Origin: a phage
Strand: one strand, 5' to 3'
DNA length: 64,000 nt
Assembly (NCBI GenBank): GCA_029742005.1
Contig: GCA_029742005.1_4113.1
Numbering within the stretch: the first letter of the stretch is position 1; each line of letters starts with the position of its first letter. The position numbers and the translations under genes are program-made. The notes under the pieces are model-generated. The model was not told the DNA's origin, ran no database searches, and worked only from the letters and a program-made list of their open reading frames with translations. Shown here one piece after another: positions 8,601 to 16,625 of this stretch.

Positions 8601-8629
8601 TTGACATTACCCAGATAGTACTTTATAAT
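8601..8629 (+). promoter_or_regulatory. sigma70-like promoter
   Basis: TTGACA 8601-8606, 17-nt spacer, TATAAT 8624-8629. Confidence 0.6.
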
Positions 8630-8677
8630 AGACTCTAACTTGTAGTACTAATTAACTTAACTAATAGGATGTACACC

Positions 8678-9073
8678 ATGATTACTAAATTCTTCGCTAC
8701 CCGTGAACAAGCTCGCATCGTTGCCCGTGAAGAAGGTGAAACATTTAAAGACATGGGCAAAGATGCACCGAAAGGACAACGCTGGGCGGTACAGTTCAAA
8801 GAGATCTCTGATATTGTGAATTCACCTGAACCAGTACTTACTGAAGCAGAACTAAAGCAAGCTCAAGAACTGGCTGAAGTACTGAACGCTCAAGATGACT
8901 TCTTGGAAGGTTCTGATATTCAAGTACAAGTGAATAGTAATGCATGGACTCACGCGGATCACCTGGCAAACCTTAAGCGTCCAAGTGAACTGATTCGTAA
9001 CCAGAAAGAGATCCGTCATGACCGTAAAGGAAACCGTGTAACAGTATACAGTAAACGCCGCCAGGTTATCTAA
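8678..9073 (+). CDS. hypothetical protein
   Basis: track frame 8669..9073; ATG 8678 better spaced from RBS AGGAT. Confidence 0.7.
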   Translation: MITKFFATREQARIVAREEGETFKDMGKDAPKGQRWAVQFKEISDIVNSPEPVLTEAELKQAQELAEVLNAQDDFLEGSDIQVQVNSNAWTHADHLANLKRPSELIRNQKEIRHDRKGNRVTVYSKRRQVI

Positions 9074-9095
9074 TAACTTGCAGTACTAACAACAC

Positions 9096-9122
9096 GGCGG
9101 GTTCAGTTCCCGCCTTTTTTAT
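9096..9122 (+). terminator. rho-independent terminator
   Basis: GGCGGG-TTCAGTT-CCCGCC then T6. Confidence 0.75.
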
Positions 9123-9135
9123 AGGATAAACTAAA

Positions 9136-9390
9136 ATGATGAAGGTACAACTATCTAAAGATAATATCTTGCGGGTACACTATAAAGCACCACAGAGAAT
9201 CATCACAAAGGCCGTACAGCTTGCTAATGAGTTTATTAATGGTAGTCTATTACCCAGGAAGTTAAGCAACGGAAAACTACGTGTTATCGATGTAGACACT
9301 AACAATAGAATAGTAATTGAGAGTACTGGAAAAATTAATCTATATGAACACCAACAATACAATAAAAAAATAAAACTAATATCACGTTGA
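9136..9390 (+). CDS. hypothetical protein
   Basis: ORF track; RBS AGGA; AT-rich. Confidence 0.45.
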   Translation: MMKVQLSKDNILRVHYKAPQRIITKAVQLANEFINGSLLPRKLSNGKLRVIDVDTNNRIVIESTGKINLYEHQQYNKKIKLISR

Positions 9391-9415
9391 CAGTACTCAA
9401 TTGTTTTAGTATTAT
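9387..9415 (+). promoter_or_regulatory. sigma70-like promoter (duplicated at 9666)
   Basis: TTGACAGTACTCAATTGTTTTAGTATTAT. Confidence 0.55.
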
Positions 9416-9446
9416 GTATCTATACCAACACAGAGAGAGAAACAAA

Positions 9447-9665
9447 ATGAAATTATCTAAAATCGAAAAGAAAACTATTGATGAAGCAGTGAAGCACGGT
9501 TATACCTTTCGTAATGATTCACATTTTACCAATTTTCAACAAGGGTATCGTACTATTAAAAAACTAATTGACAAAGGTTTATTAGTTGAAGTCAATAACG
9601 GCAATGGCATTGAGTATCAACCAACACAAGACGCATTATCACTAAAGAAATATTCTATTATCTAA
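9447..9665 (+). CDS. hypothetical protein
   Basis: track ORF 9387..9665 starts at the -35 box; start moved to ATG 9447. Confidence 0.6.
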   Translation: MKLSKIEKKTIDEAVKHGYTFRNDSHFTNFQQGYRTIKKLIDKGLLVEVNNGNGIEYQPTQDALSLKKYSII

Positions 9666-9694
9666 TTGACAGTACTCAAATGTTTTAGTACTAT
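9666..9694 (+). promoter_or_regulatory. sigma70-like promoter (near-identical copy of 9387)
   Basis: TTGACAGTACTCAAATGTTTTAGTACTAT. Confidence 0.55.
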
Positions 9695-9722
9695 GTACGC
9701 ATACCAACACGGGGAAAACAAA

Positions 9723-9950
9723 ATGATTACTTTAGAAAAACGTATCAAAGAGACTACAACGCTGGTGGAACTGTTAACCGTTCTTAAATGCCGGGTAACT
9801 CCATTCAGTACACCGGACTTTATCAACATGGTGGACGTTAACGGTCGATATCGTATTGCGGTCGAACAAGGTACGGCAAAAGTATTCAGTACTAAAAATA
9901 CGCGTGAAGTATTCCACGCAGTTCAAGTAAAAAAAAGTAGTTGCCATTGA
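9723..9950 (+). CDS. hypothetical protein
   Basis: track ORF 9666..9950 starts at the -35 box; start moved to ATG 9723. Confidence 0.6.
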   Translation: MITLEKRIKETTTLVELLTVLKCRVTPFSTPDFINMVDVNGRYRIAVEQGTAKVFSTKNTREVFHAVQVKKSSCH

Positions 9951-9997
9951 TAGTAAAGTACTGTAATATAGTTTCATTAACTCAAGGAGTCAACACA

Positions 9998-10582
9998 ATG
10001 CGTAACTATACTAAATTCATCCGTTCACTTCATGCAATGGAAACCAACAAAGAGATCCTTTCAGCTTGTCGGTTAGCTGGACTGGAGATCGTCGGTGCGG
10101 GTTCTTCCCGTATTGTATTCGCTTTAAATGATCGGTTAGTGATTAAGGTCGCGAATTGTGATGCGGGTGTAGAACAAAATGAAACTGAATGTAAGGTATG
10201 GAATTTTTTAGATTATGACCGTCCGCACCTTAAACAGTTCTTTGCCAAGGTGCATATGCATTTATGCGATCCTGATAATCTGTTTATTGTTATGGATCGT
10301 TTGAGTACTGCAAGCAAAGGCAGTGTAAAGCATGTAAACGCGTGCAATGAGTTAAAGTACAATATTAAACGTAATACGGTAGAACGCCAACACCATTTCG
10401 CTGATGCTCTCAATCACGTTGATGATACATTATCCACACTAACGATAAGAGATATCAGAAAACAGAATATCGGCCAGGATCGCAACGGCTTGATTAAAGT
10501 ACTTGATTACGGTTTAACCCGCAATATCTGGAATCAGTACTATAAAAAACGTGATGTTAACGCGATAACTATAACACGATAA
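9998..10582 (+). CDS. putative protein kinase (eukaryotic-like kinase fold)
   Basis: VIKV (VAIK-like), IRDIRKQNIG (HRD-loop-like), DYG (DFG-like) in order; start moved to ATG 9998 behind RBS AAGGAG. Confidence 0.6.
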   Translation: MRNYTKFIRSLHAMETNKEILSACRLAGLEIVGAGSSRIVFALNDRLVIKVANCDAGVEQNETECKVWNFLDYDRPHLKQFFAKVHMHLCDPDNLFIVMDRLSTASKGSVKHVNACNELKYNIKRNTVERQHHFADALNHVDDTLSTLTIRDIRKQNIGQDRNGLIKVLDYGLTRNIWNQYYKKRDVNAITITR

Positions 10583-10784
10583 AAAAGATTAAAAAAGGGA
10601 TTGACTCCAGTCAGTCCCTTTGCTATTATATATTCATTGAGAGATAACTCACTGACCCATAGGGTGCGGAAGTGTATCTATTATATAAGTATTCAGTACT
10701 GAAAACTATTTGATAAAAAGTACTTGCAAACTATCTCAAAGAGCGTATAATGTTTTATATCGAGAGGGGGAAATGGTTTCCCCT
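10581..10784 (+). repeat. intergenic cassette copy 3
   Basis: GGGATTGACTCCAGTCAGTCCC hairpin, conserved core, TTGCAA 10724-10729, TATAAT 10746-10751, stem-loop GAGGGGGAAATGGTTTCCCCTC. Confidence 0.6.
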
Positions 10785-10803
10785 CAAGTCCAGGAGATAC
10801 ACC

Positions 10804-11067
10804 ATGAACACTATCGAAATCACTATCAATGCACACGTATACGACAACGTAGTACTGCAAACTACTATGACCGCTAACGATACCAGTACTTTGCGGAATA
10901 CTGTTATTAGTGCTGTATGTGCCGCTATCGGTGATGTCGCCCTGGAAAATGCAAAACACGTAAACGATGGTTTCACTATGTGCAAACGTGATAACGCAAA
11001 ACATATCATCGTAGAAGGTTACGGCGGTGTAGAATATAATGTTTATATGAAAAAAGTACTTGCATAG
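10804..11067 (+). CDS. hypothetical protein
   Basis: track ORF 10750..11067 starts in the -10 box; start moved to ATG 10804 behind RBS CAGGAGA. Confidence 0.65.
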   Translation: MNTIEITINAHVYDNVVLQTTMTANDTSTLRNTVISAVCAAIGDVALENAKHVNDGFTMCKRDNAKHIIVEGYGGVEYNVYMKKVLA

Positions 11068-11115
11068 TACTGAATAAAGCGTATAATGTTTTGCATAGGG
11101 GGAGATATCCTCCCC
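11060..11115 (+). promoter_or_regulatory. early promoter plus 5' stem-loop (PeSL-like)
   Basis: TTGCAT, TATAAT 11082-11087, hairpin GGGGGAGATATCCTCCCCC. Confidence 0.6.
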
Positions 11116-11134
11116 CACTAAAAGGAGTATTAAA

Positions 11135-11359
11135 ATGGCTAACTTTGATGAACTGATGCGGGAAGTAGCTAACCTGGCAGAAGAGAAGAAATCATTCGAT
11201 TCTATCTATAACACCGCTCACCGTGATTCAGTACTGGCATGTAACCAGGATCAAAAAGATGAACTAATCGCCACATATCATGAAGCATGGAAGTACTACC
11301 GACAATGGGAGAAAGAAGAAAGCGAGTCTACCATCGAAGGTATCAATAATCTAATCTAA
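11135..11359 (+). CDS. hypothetical protein
   Basis: ORF track; RBS AAAGGAG. Confidence 0.7.
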   Translation: MANFDELMREVANLAEEKKSFDSIYNTAHRDSVLACNQDQKDELIATYHEAWKYYRQWEKEESESTIEGINNLI

Positions 11360-11378
11360 AAGTTTTATTTCAGTACTA

Positions 11379-11407
11379 TTGACATAGCTTGATAGTACTG
11401 ATATGAT
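11379..11407 (+). promoter_or_regulatory. class-2 promoter
   Basis: AGTACTATTGACA..GATAGTACTGATATGAT. Confidence 0.5.
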
Positions 11408-11434
11408 AACTTTACTAACTAAAGGGGAAACATA

Positions 11435-11692
11435 ATGGAACAGTTCACACAATATCGGGTAAATCCTCAAGCGATGGCCTACGTAGAAGACCATAAAACG
11501 TTACCAGTACTGCAACCAGTTAAAGGCCATATCTATCGTGCAATGTCGTGGAGTGCGGCCCAGGATGGATATAAAACCGTCGCCGTGGGGATGTATTGCG
11601 GGAATGGTGAATGGTTTGATCCTAACAATCCGATTGCACTTGACAGTACTGAAAAAATGAAATGGGCCGACTACATCGAAGATATTTCATAA
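11435..11692 (+). CDS. hypothetical protein
   Basis: ORF track; RBS AAAGGGGAA. Confidence 0.7.
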   Translation: MEQFTQYRVNPQAMAYVEDHKTLPVLQPVKGHIYRAMSWSAAQDGYKTVAVGMYCGNGEWFDPNNPIALDSTEKMKWADYIEDIS

Positions 11693-11698
11693 AAACTA

Positions 11699-11760
11699 TT
11701 TGACAGTACTAACCAGTAATGTATAATGTTTTACATAGAGCGGGGGAATAGTTCTCCCGC
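11699..11760 (+). promoter_or_regulatory. early promoter plus 5' stem-loop (PeSL-like)
   Basis: TTGACA 11699-11704, 17-nt spacer, TATAAT, hairpin GCGGGGGAATAGTTCTCCCGC. Confidence 0.65.
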
Positions 11761-11782
11761 CAATAGTTTGGAGTAAAACATT

Positions 11783-11983
11783 ATGTCTATCGCTATCGCC
11801 CTGGTTGAAGTACTGAAAGAAGCTAAAGCCAACCTTATCGATGTACAGATTAAGGAATTGCAAAACGGCTTAATCGGCTGTACTTGTACCGCTGGTGGAG
11901 CGGCAGACTATCGAGAACACGAATCACTCGAATCACTGGTTCGGTATCTTACCATGATCGTTGATGATTGGAGAATCATCTAA
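11783..11983 (+). CDS. hypothetical protein
   Basis: ORF track; RBS GGAG. Confidence 0.65.
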   Translation: MSIAIALVEVLKEAKANLIDVQIKELQNGLIGCTCTAGGAADYREHESLESLVRYLTMIVDDWRII

Positions 11984-12208
11984 CAAAAAAGAATAAAAAA
12001 GGGATTGACTCCGGTCAGTCCCTTTGCTATTATATACGCATAGACAAAAACTAGCCCACTGGGTGCATAAGTGTATCCAAAATATATAGTTAATAACGGT
12101 GAGTAACTATCTGCTGGTGGAGTGAAAACTATTAATAAAAAAAGTATTGACAAAGTATATCAGTACTGCGATAATGTATCTCGTAGGGCGGCAATGGTGC
12201 GACGGCCC
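11984..12208 (+). repeat. intergenic cassette copy 4 (most diverged)
   Basis: GGGATTGACTCCGGTCAGTCCC hairpin, core GCCCACTGGGTGCATAAGTGTATC, Chi 12113-12120, TTGACA/GATAAT promoter, GC-rich stem-loop. Confidence 0.55.
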
Positions 12209-12228
12209 ACAAAGTTAGGAGATTCAAA

Positions 12229-12561
12229 ATGACTACTTCAATCGCTATCGTTAAAGCTTTCATCCGTACTAATGTTTCCTCTGTATTCATCGACGGCCTC
12301 GACCGTAACGTAGAATACTCAATCATTATCGCACAAACGGCAAACGGTTCTCGGTACATCCTGAATGATAGTGAAGCAAATCACTACTACTTCACTAAAG
12401 CCACTGGCTTTAAACGCATCGATGCTGATGTAGTATACGCTAAGATGAATAAGCTGGTAGATAAGATTAACGCTAAAGGTACTATAGATTTACAGTACTG
12501 GACCGAAACCGATCCAGAATATGGATCTCACCGCTACCTGAATCCAGGTATTAAAATGTAA
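12229..12561 (+). CDS. hypothetical protein
   Basis: ORF track; RBS TAGGAGA. Confidence 0.7.
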   Translation: MTTSIAIVKAFIRTNVSSVFIDGLDRNVEYSIIIAQTANGSRYILNDSEANHYYFTKATGFKRIDADVVYAKMNKLVDKINAKGTIDLQYWTETDPEYGSHRYLNPGIKM

Positions 12562-12568
12562 AAAGTAC

Positions 12569-12630
12569 TTGCATAGTACTTAGATTCATGTATAATGTTT
12601 TACATAGAGAGGGGGAAATGGTTCTCCCTC
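12569..12630 (+). promoter_or_regulatory. early promoter plus 5' stem-loop (PeSL-like)
   Basis: TTGCAT 12569-12574, TATAAT 12591-12596, hairpin GAGGGGGAAATGGTTCTCCCTC. Confidence 0.6.
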
Positions 12631-12650
12631 CTAAATTAAGGAGTTTTATC

Positions 12651-13052
12651 ATGACCTTCTCAATCACTTCCTTCGCTGACGTTTTAGTACTGGCTCGGAC
12701 TTTTGGTAAAGATGCACTGGAGTACGCTGTAAGTAATGGCACTATCCAACCGGAACAGTGCCGCATCATTGGAAACTGCAAACGTTGGGCGGTATCCAAT
12801 ACTATTGCACTGGAAAACTTCAACGATGGCAACAATGAATATTCTGTTGATGCAGTATTCGAAGCCGTAGACCTGGGCGGTATCTATAACACTAACCTGA
12901 ATGATGTGCGTATCGTTCGCACTGGCTTCGGTGCTTATGATGTATCTATCCGTGAAGCTATGGACAAGGGATACATTAGCAAGGACCAGTTAGCTTACAT
13001 CATGCAGCAAACTAAGGAGCGTAACGAAGCCCGTACTATCTTAGGGTTGTAA
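12651..13052 (+). CDS. hypothetical protein
   Basis: track ORF 12588..13052 starts in the promoter; start moved to ATG 12651 behind RBS AAGGAG. Confidence 0.7.
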   Translation: MTFSITSFADVLVLARTFGKDALEYAVSNGTIQPEQCRIIGNCKRWAVSNTIALENFNDGNNEYSVDAVFEAVDLGGIYNTNLNDVRIVRTGFGAYDVSIREAMDKGYISKDQLAYIMQQTKERNEARTILGL

Positions 13053-13120
13053 GCGTTACACATCACCAAACATCATAGGCCGCCTTGTAGCGGCCTTAAC
13101 TATATCAGGAGTACATACAC

Positions 13121-13330
13121 ATGATCTATACAGTATATAGCGTTCTAGGTACTATTGCAGGCGTACACGATAACGTCGATAGTGCTATGCGTACAGTACT
13201 GCAACAGGTTCCACTAAAGCCTAAGACCATTAAGCAGATGACAGCACGATTAACCAGGGCGACGGCTGGCGTGGAAGTATGGCAGGACTATGGGGATACA
13301 CAGATAATCGTAAGCGTAACGAAGGATTAA
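13121..13330 (+). CDS. hypothetical protein
   Basis: ORF track; RBS CAGGAG. Confidence 0.6.
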   Translation: MIYTVYSVLGTIAGVHDNVDSAMRTVLQQVPLKPKTIKQMTARLTRATAGVEVWQDYGDTQIIVSVTKD

Positions 13331-13561
13331 TGCGTAAAAGGATTTAGTACTGAATCAAAAAAAAGTCAAGGCATTTTTTTCATGCGTCGAAAAAAAACTT
13401 AACCAGTACACTATCACGCATGAAATAATTTTGACCAGTGATTATATCTCTTGCCCTAAAGGGCGGGTAATGTCTTAGCGAGCATATTGGAGTTCTTGGG
13501 TAGGACAAAATTATTTCTTGTGCTATAATTATATCGAATGTAATCATAGAAAGGAGTCCCT

Positions 13562-13759
13562 ATGCGTATTTTAACTGAAGAAGAGCACAACCACACACTC
13601 ATATCCAACATGGCATATATCCTACATATGTCACATATCCGTGGTATTGCATATAAGCGTGAATTGGTTATGAAACTTTTCATAGGAACTAACTATCAAG
13701 AAAAGTATATCGAACTATACTTACAAGAATTACGAAGGGACATAAAAGGAAGACGATGA
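13562..13759 (+). CDS. fam1 small protein (first array member)
   Basis: ORF track; RBS AAAGGAG; motif FIGTNYQEKY. Confidence 0.65.
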   Translation: MRILTEEEHNHTLISNMAYILHMSHIRGIAYKRELVMKLFIGTNYQEKYIELYLQELRRDIKGRR

Positions 13760-13956
13760 AAATGCGTATTTTAAATAAAGAAGATTATCAAGAACTGTTA
13801 TGTAAAAACATGGTAAAGATTTATAACACAGACACAAACTTAGAACGAATTGAGTTATACCTTTTGATTACATTGGGAACAAGCTATCAGAGAAGATGGG
13901 TGATTCAATATATGGATGCATTGAAAAATGAAATATTGTCCACGAGGAAACAATGA
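13756..13956 (+). CDS. fam1 small protein
   Basis: ORF track; ATGA overlap; motif LGTSYQRRW. Confidence 0.6.
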   Translation: MKMRILNKEDYQELLCKNMVKIYNTDTNLERIELYLLITLGTSYQRRWVIQYMDALKNEILSTRKQ

Positions 13957-14162
13957 AAACTATAACACGAACCCAATCATACGGTCTTATCTTGAGATAC
14001 ATGGACTTAATGTTGGATATCAGCAAAGACCTTCCTAAAACTGCAATTGAAGTTACAAGAGCAGAGATCCGCATGTTGGCTGTACTGAACACAAACCATC
14101 AGGAAGAGTATGTTGATGATTGGATTAATTTTTTAATTCAAGATATAAAGAGTAAACTATGA
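13953..14162 (+). CDS. fam1 small protein
   Basis: ORF track; ATGA overlap; motif LNTNHQEEY. Confidence 0.6.
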   Translation: MKTITRTQSYGLILRYMDLMLDISKDLPKTAIEVTRAEIRMLAVLNTNHQEEYVDDWINFLIQDIKSKL

Positions 14163-14371
14163 TTTTTTTAACACCAGAAGAATATAAGATACGTTTTGTT
14201 TCTGTCCAGAATAAAATCTTAATTATATACAATTCAAATGCAGACCTTAACTTATCAAGGGTATTAGAAAAAGATTTACTTATGGGTGCATTTTTGGATA
14301 CAGACTTTCAGGAGTATTATGTAGGGGAATACTTAATTGCACTCAAGAATTATATTAAGAGTAAACTATGA
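14159..14371 (+). CDS. fam1 small protein
   Basis: ORF track; motif FLDTDFQEYY; close paralog of next gene. Confidence 0.6.
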   Translation: MIFLTPEEYKIRFVSVQNKILIIYNSNADLNLSRVLEKDLLMGAFLDTDFQEYYVGEYLIALKNYIKSKL

Positions 14372-14583
14372 ATATCATTGCAAACTCAAATCAATATACC
14401 GAACGCGTCGCTGCAAGACAACTTGAAATTCTCATAGTATACGAAGAGACTTCTGATTTAAACTTAGCCGAGGTATTGGAAAATGATATACTATTGGGTG
14501 CATTCCTCGGCACAGACTATCAGGAGCACTTCTTGAATGAGTATATAATTGCACTCCAGAAATACATTAAGAGCAAACTATGA
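14368..14583 (+). CDS. fam1 small protein
   Basis: ORF track; motif FLGTDYQEHF. Confidence 0.6.
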   Translation: MNIIANSNQYTERVAARQLEILIVYEETSDLNLAEVLENDILLGAFLGTDYQEHFLNEYIIALQKYIKSKL

Positions 14584-14816
14584 AACATTTAAGTAACTCC
14601 GAGAAGAATAAAATTATCGTTGCTGCAATAAACAAATATTTTACACTTCCTCACACAGAAGGTTTATGTGTAAGAGAACACAGGATAAACACCACCGATA
14701 TACGCATGATGGCTGTACTGGGGACTAACTTTCAGAAGGAGTATGTTGATGCACACATTACCGCACTGATGAACTTTATAATGGGAAAGGTAAATGAAAC
14801 ACTTAACACTAGATGA
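14580..14816 (+). CDS. fam1 small protein
   Basis: ORF track; motif LGTNFQKEY. Confidence 0.6.
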   Translation: MKHLSNSEKNKIIVAAINKYFTLPHTEGLCVREHRINTTDIRMMAVLGTNFQKEYVDAHITALMNFIMGKVNETLNTR

Positions 14817-15051
14817 ATATGAAACTATAGTCCGTAAACTAACCCCTATAGCAAGGATAGTCTACGATGACCCCAGCCTTACATGGAACCAAATGCGAGC
14901 TAAAGTTAATGAGCTATGGTTGCTGTACTTTATGGGAACGCAATATCAAGATAAGTTTTGCACAGAATATGTCGAACAATTAATGAATGTTATACAGGAT
15001 AAACTAGATGATTATTGGCTCGCAAAACATGAAGACTTTATCAGGAGTTGA
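14794..15051 (+). CDS. fam1 small protein
   Basis: ORF track; motif MGTQYQDKF. Confidence 0.6.
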   Translation: MKHLTLDEYETIVRKLTPIARIVYDDPSLTWNQMRAKVNELWLLYFMGTQYQDKFCTEYVEQLMNVIQDKLDDYWLAKHEDFIRS

Positions 15052-15280
15052 GTATCAAACTGCCCTATTCTCTTTAATCCATACCCTTAGAAAAAACAAT
15101 GCCTTACATGGTGCACCTGAAGTGGATGTTATCAACGGTGAACTTTATCTGATGAAATTCATTGGAACAAACTATCAAGATCTGTTCATTCAACGATACC
15201 TATCAGCATTAAGAAACCAAATCCAATATAAAACCATCAAGGCCAAAAAAGAATGGAATAAACAATGCGACACAGACTAA
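15029..15280 (+). CDS. fam1 small protein
   Basis: track frame 15008..15280; start placed at ATG 15029 by paralog alignment; motif IGTNYQDLF. Confidence 0.55.
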   Translation: MKTLSGVEYQTALFSLIHTLRKNNALHGAPEVDVINGELYLMKFIGTNYQDLFIQRYLSALRNQIQYKTIKAKKEWNKQCDTD

Positions 15281-15516
15281 ATCACAAAATGTATTGTAAA
15301 CTATTGCAGACACTGGCACAGAAACACTATGACACGGTATCTGAAATATTACCCTATGATATCATGCGTTTACTTCACTGTGAGGCCGAGATGCTTGTAC
15401 TGATGACAGGCACAGATAAAAAAGCAATTGCCAAATCAATAGATATGTTCATCGAAGCACAATGTCAACACATTAGAACCGAGATATGGAGGCGAGAGAA
15501 TGATAACCCTAAATGA
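15265..15516 (+). CDS. fam1-like small protein (divergent motif)
   Basis: ORF track; motif degenerated to LMTGTDKKAI. Confidence 0.5.
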   Translation: MRHRLNHKMYCKLLQTLAQKHYDTVSEILPYDIMRLLHCEAEMLVLMTGTDKKAIAKSIDMFIEAQCQHIRTEIWRRENDNPK

Positions 15517-15715
15517 GTATCAGTATCATTGGAGGTTACAAGCTATAAGAAGGAAAGTTGTTAGTATTTCTTTAGACAAGTCTATTGCACAAGAGGACAA
15601 ATGTGTTATAATAGCTGAAATGAAGTTGGGTGTTTTCGTAGGGACAAACTATCAAAACATCTACACTGACGTATTGTTAAGTGTCTTACGTAACAAGGTG
15701 ATATCAAAAGAATGA
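15500..15715 (+). CDS. fam1 small protein
   Basis: ORF track; RBS GGAGG; motif FVGTNYQNIY. Confidence 0.65.
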   Translation: MITLNEYQYHWRLQAIRRKVVSISLDKSIAQEDKCVIIAEMKLGVFVGTNYQNIYTDVLLSVLRNKVISKE

Positions 15716-15929
15716 GAAAATTACAAGGCTTTGAATACATCAGGCTCCTGAAAACATGTGGCAGCAGAAGGAGAATGATATCAAGCGATAAGAGCATCTC
15801 TATTGACCTGAAGCACGCAATGAAAGCTGAACTCTATGTATGAGCACTATTGGGGACAAACTATCAACAAATGTATGTAGACCTATGGATTGATGCATTA
15901 GTCAAGGAGGTCCAAAGTAAATGCAAATG
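15712..15929 (+). pseudogene. fam1 pseudogene (in-frame TGA before the motif)
   Basis: ATG 15712 opens a fam1-like frame; TGA at 15841-15843 just before LLGTNYQQMY, which continues in frame to 15929. Confidence 0.55.
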
Positions 15930-16139
15930 ATTAATTTAAGTAAAGATGAATTTTATGTTCTACTGGCGAAAACTTATTCATTACGCAAGGCCGTTTATGA
16001 TAGTCACATTATTGAACCAACAAAGAAGTTGATTTTAGTATCTGAGATAAAGATGCTTTCAGTCTTAGGAACAAACTACCAAGAGAATGCTGTACTGTTG
16101 TTAATTGATGCCCTCAAGAGAGAGATACAAAGTAAATGA
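15921..16139 (+). CDS. fam1 small protein
   Basis: ORF track; motif LGTNYQENA. Confidence 0.6.
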   Translation: MQMINLSKDEFYVLLAKTYSLRKAVYDSHIIEPTKKLILVSEIKMLSVLGTNYQENAVLLLIDALKREIQSK

Positions 16140-16375
16140 TTCATTTATCTTACCATGATTATCAAAAACGTTTAAATGCATCAAGGGATATAAGAATTCA
16201 AATCTTCAATAACAAAAAATTGAAACCTGACACCAGAAGAATCAAAATAATCGAAGCAGAGTTATGCAACTTCCTGGGGACGAACTATCAGGCAGGTAAG
16301 GTAAAAAACTATCTTAGAGAACTCATGAATTGTATCGAAAATAAATGCGATGCTTTGGAGGATAAAAATGATTAA
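16136..16375 (+). CDS. fam1 small protein
   Basis: ORF track; motif FLGTNYQAGK. Confidence 0.6.
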   Translation: MIHLSYHDYQKRLNASRDIRIQIFNNKKLKPDTRRIKIIEAELCNFLGTNYQAGKVKNYLRELMNCIENKCDALEDKND

Positions 16376-16625
16376 TTTAAATTCTGATGAATATCATGAA
16401 CGCATGGCTAAAATCTCAACTAAACGAAATGAAATCTATCACAACCCAGAAATTCAACACAGTAAGAAAATGATTATGATGCGTGAGTTAAAGTTGGGTG
16501 TATTCTTAGGAACAAACTATCAAGAACCAGAGGTCCAACGCGTATTAAATGAATTACTAATGGAAATCAGAGGTAAGCTTTACTTTCATCAAATGACCCA
16601 ACCACTGAGGTGTACTGTGAAATGA
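16368..16625 (+). CDS. fam1 small protein
   Basis: track frame 16350..16625; start moved to ATG 16368 behind RBS GGAGG; motif FLGTNYQEPE. Confidence 0.6.
   Translation: MINLNSDEYHERMAKISTKRNEIYHNPEIQHSKKMIMMRELKLGVFLGTNYQEPEVQRVLNELLMEIRGKLYFHQMTQPLRCTVK

Noticed and set aside
1771-12650. N-terminal extensions of track ORFs that begin inside promoter -10 boxes or stem-loops (1771, 3868, 4428, 10750, 12588, 9387, 9666, 9941)
   Set aside because: The first ATG falls in TATAATG or within the 5' stem-loop, upstream of the likely transcription start; a downstream ATG with a proper RBS was used instead.
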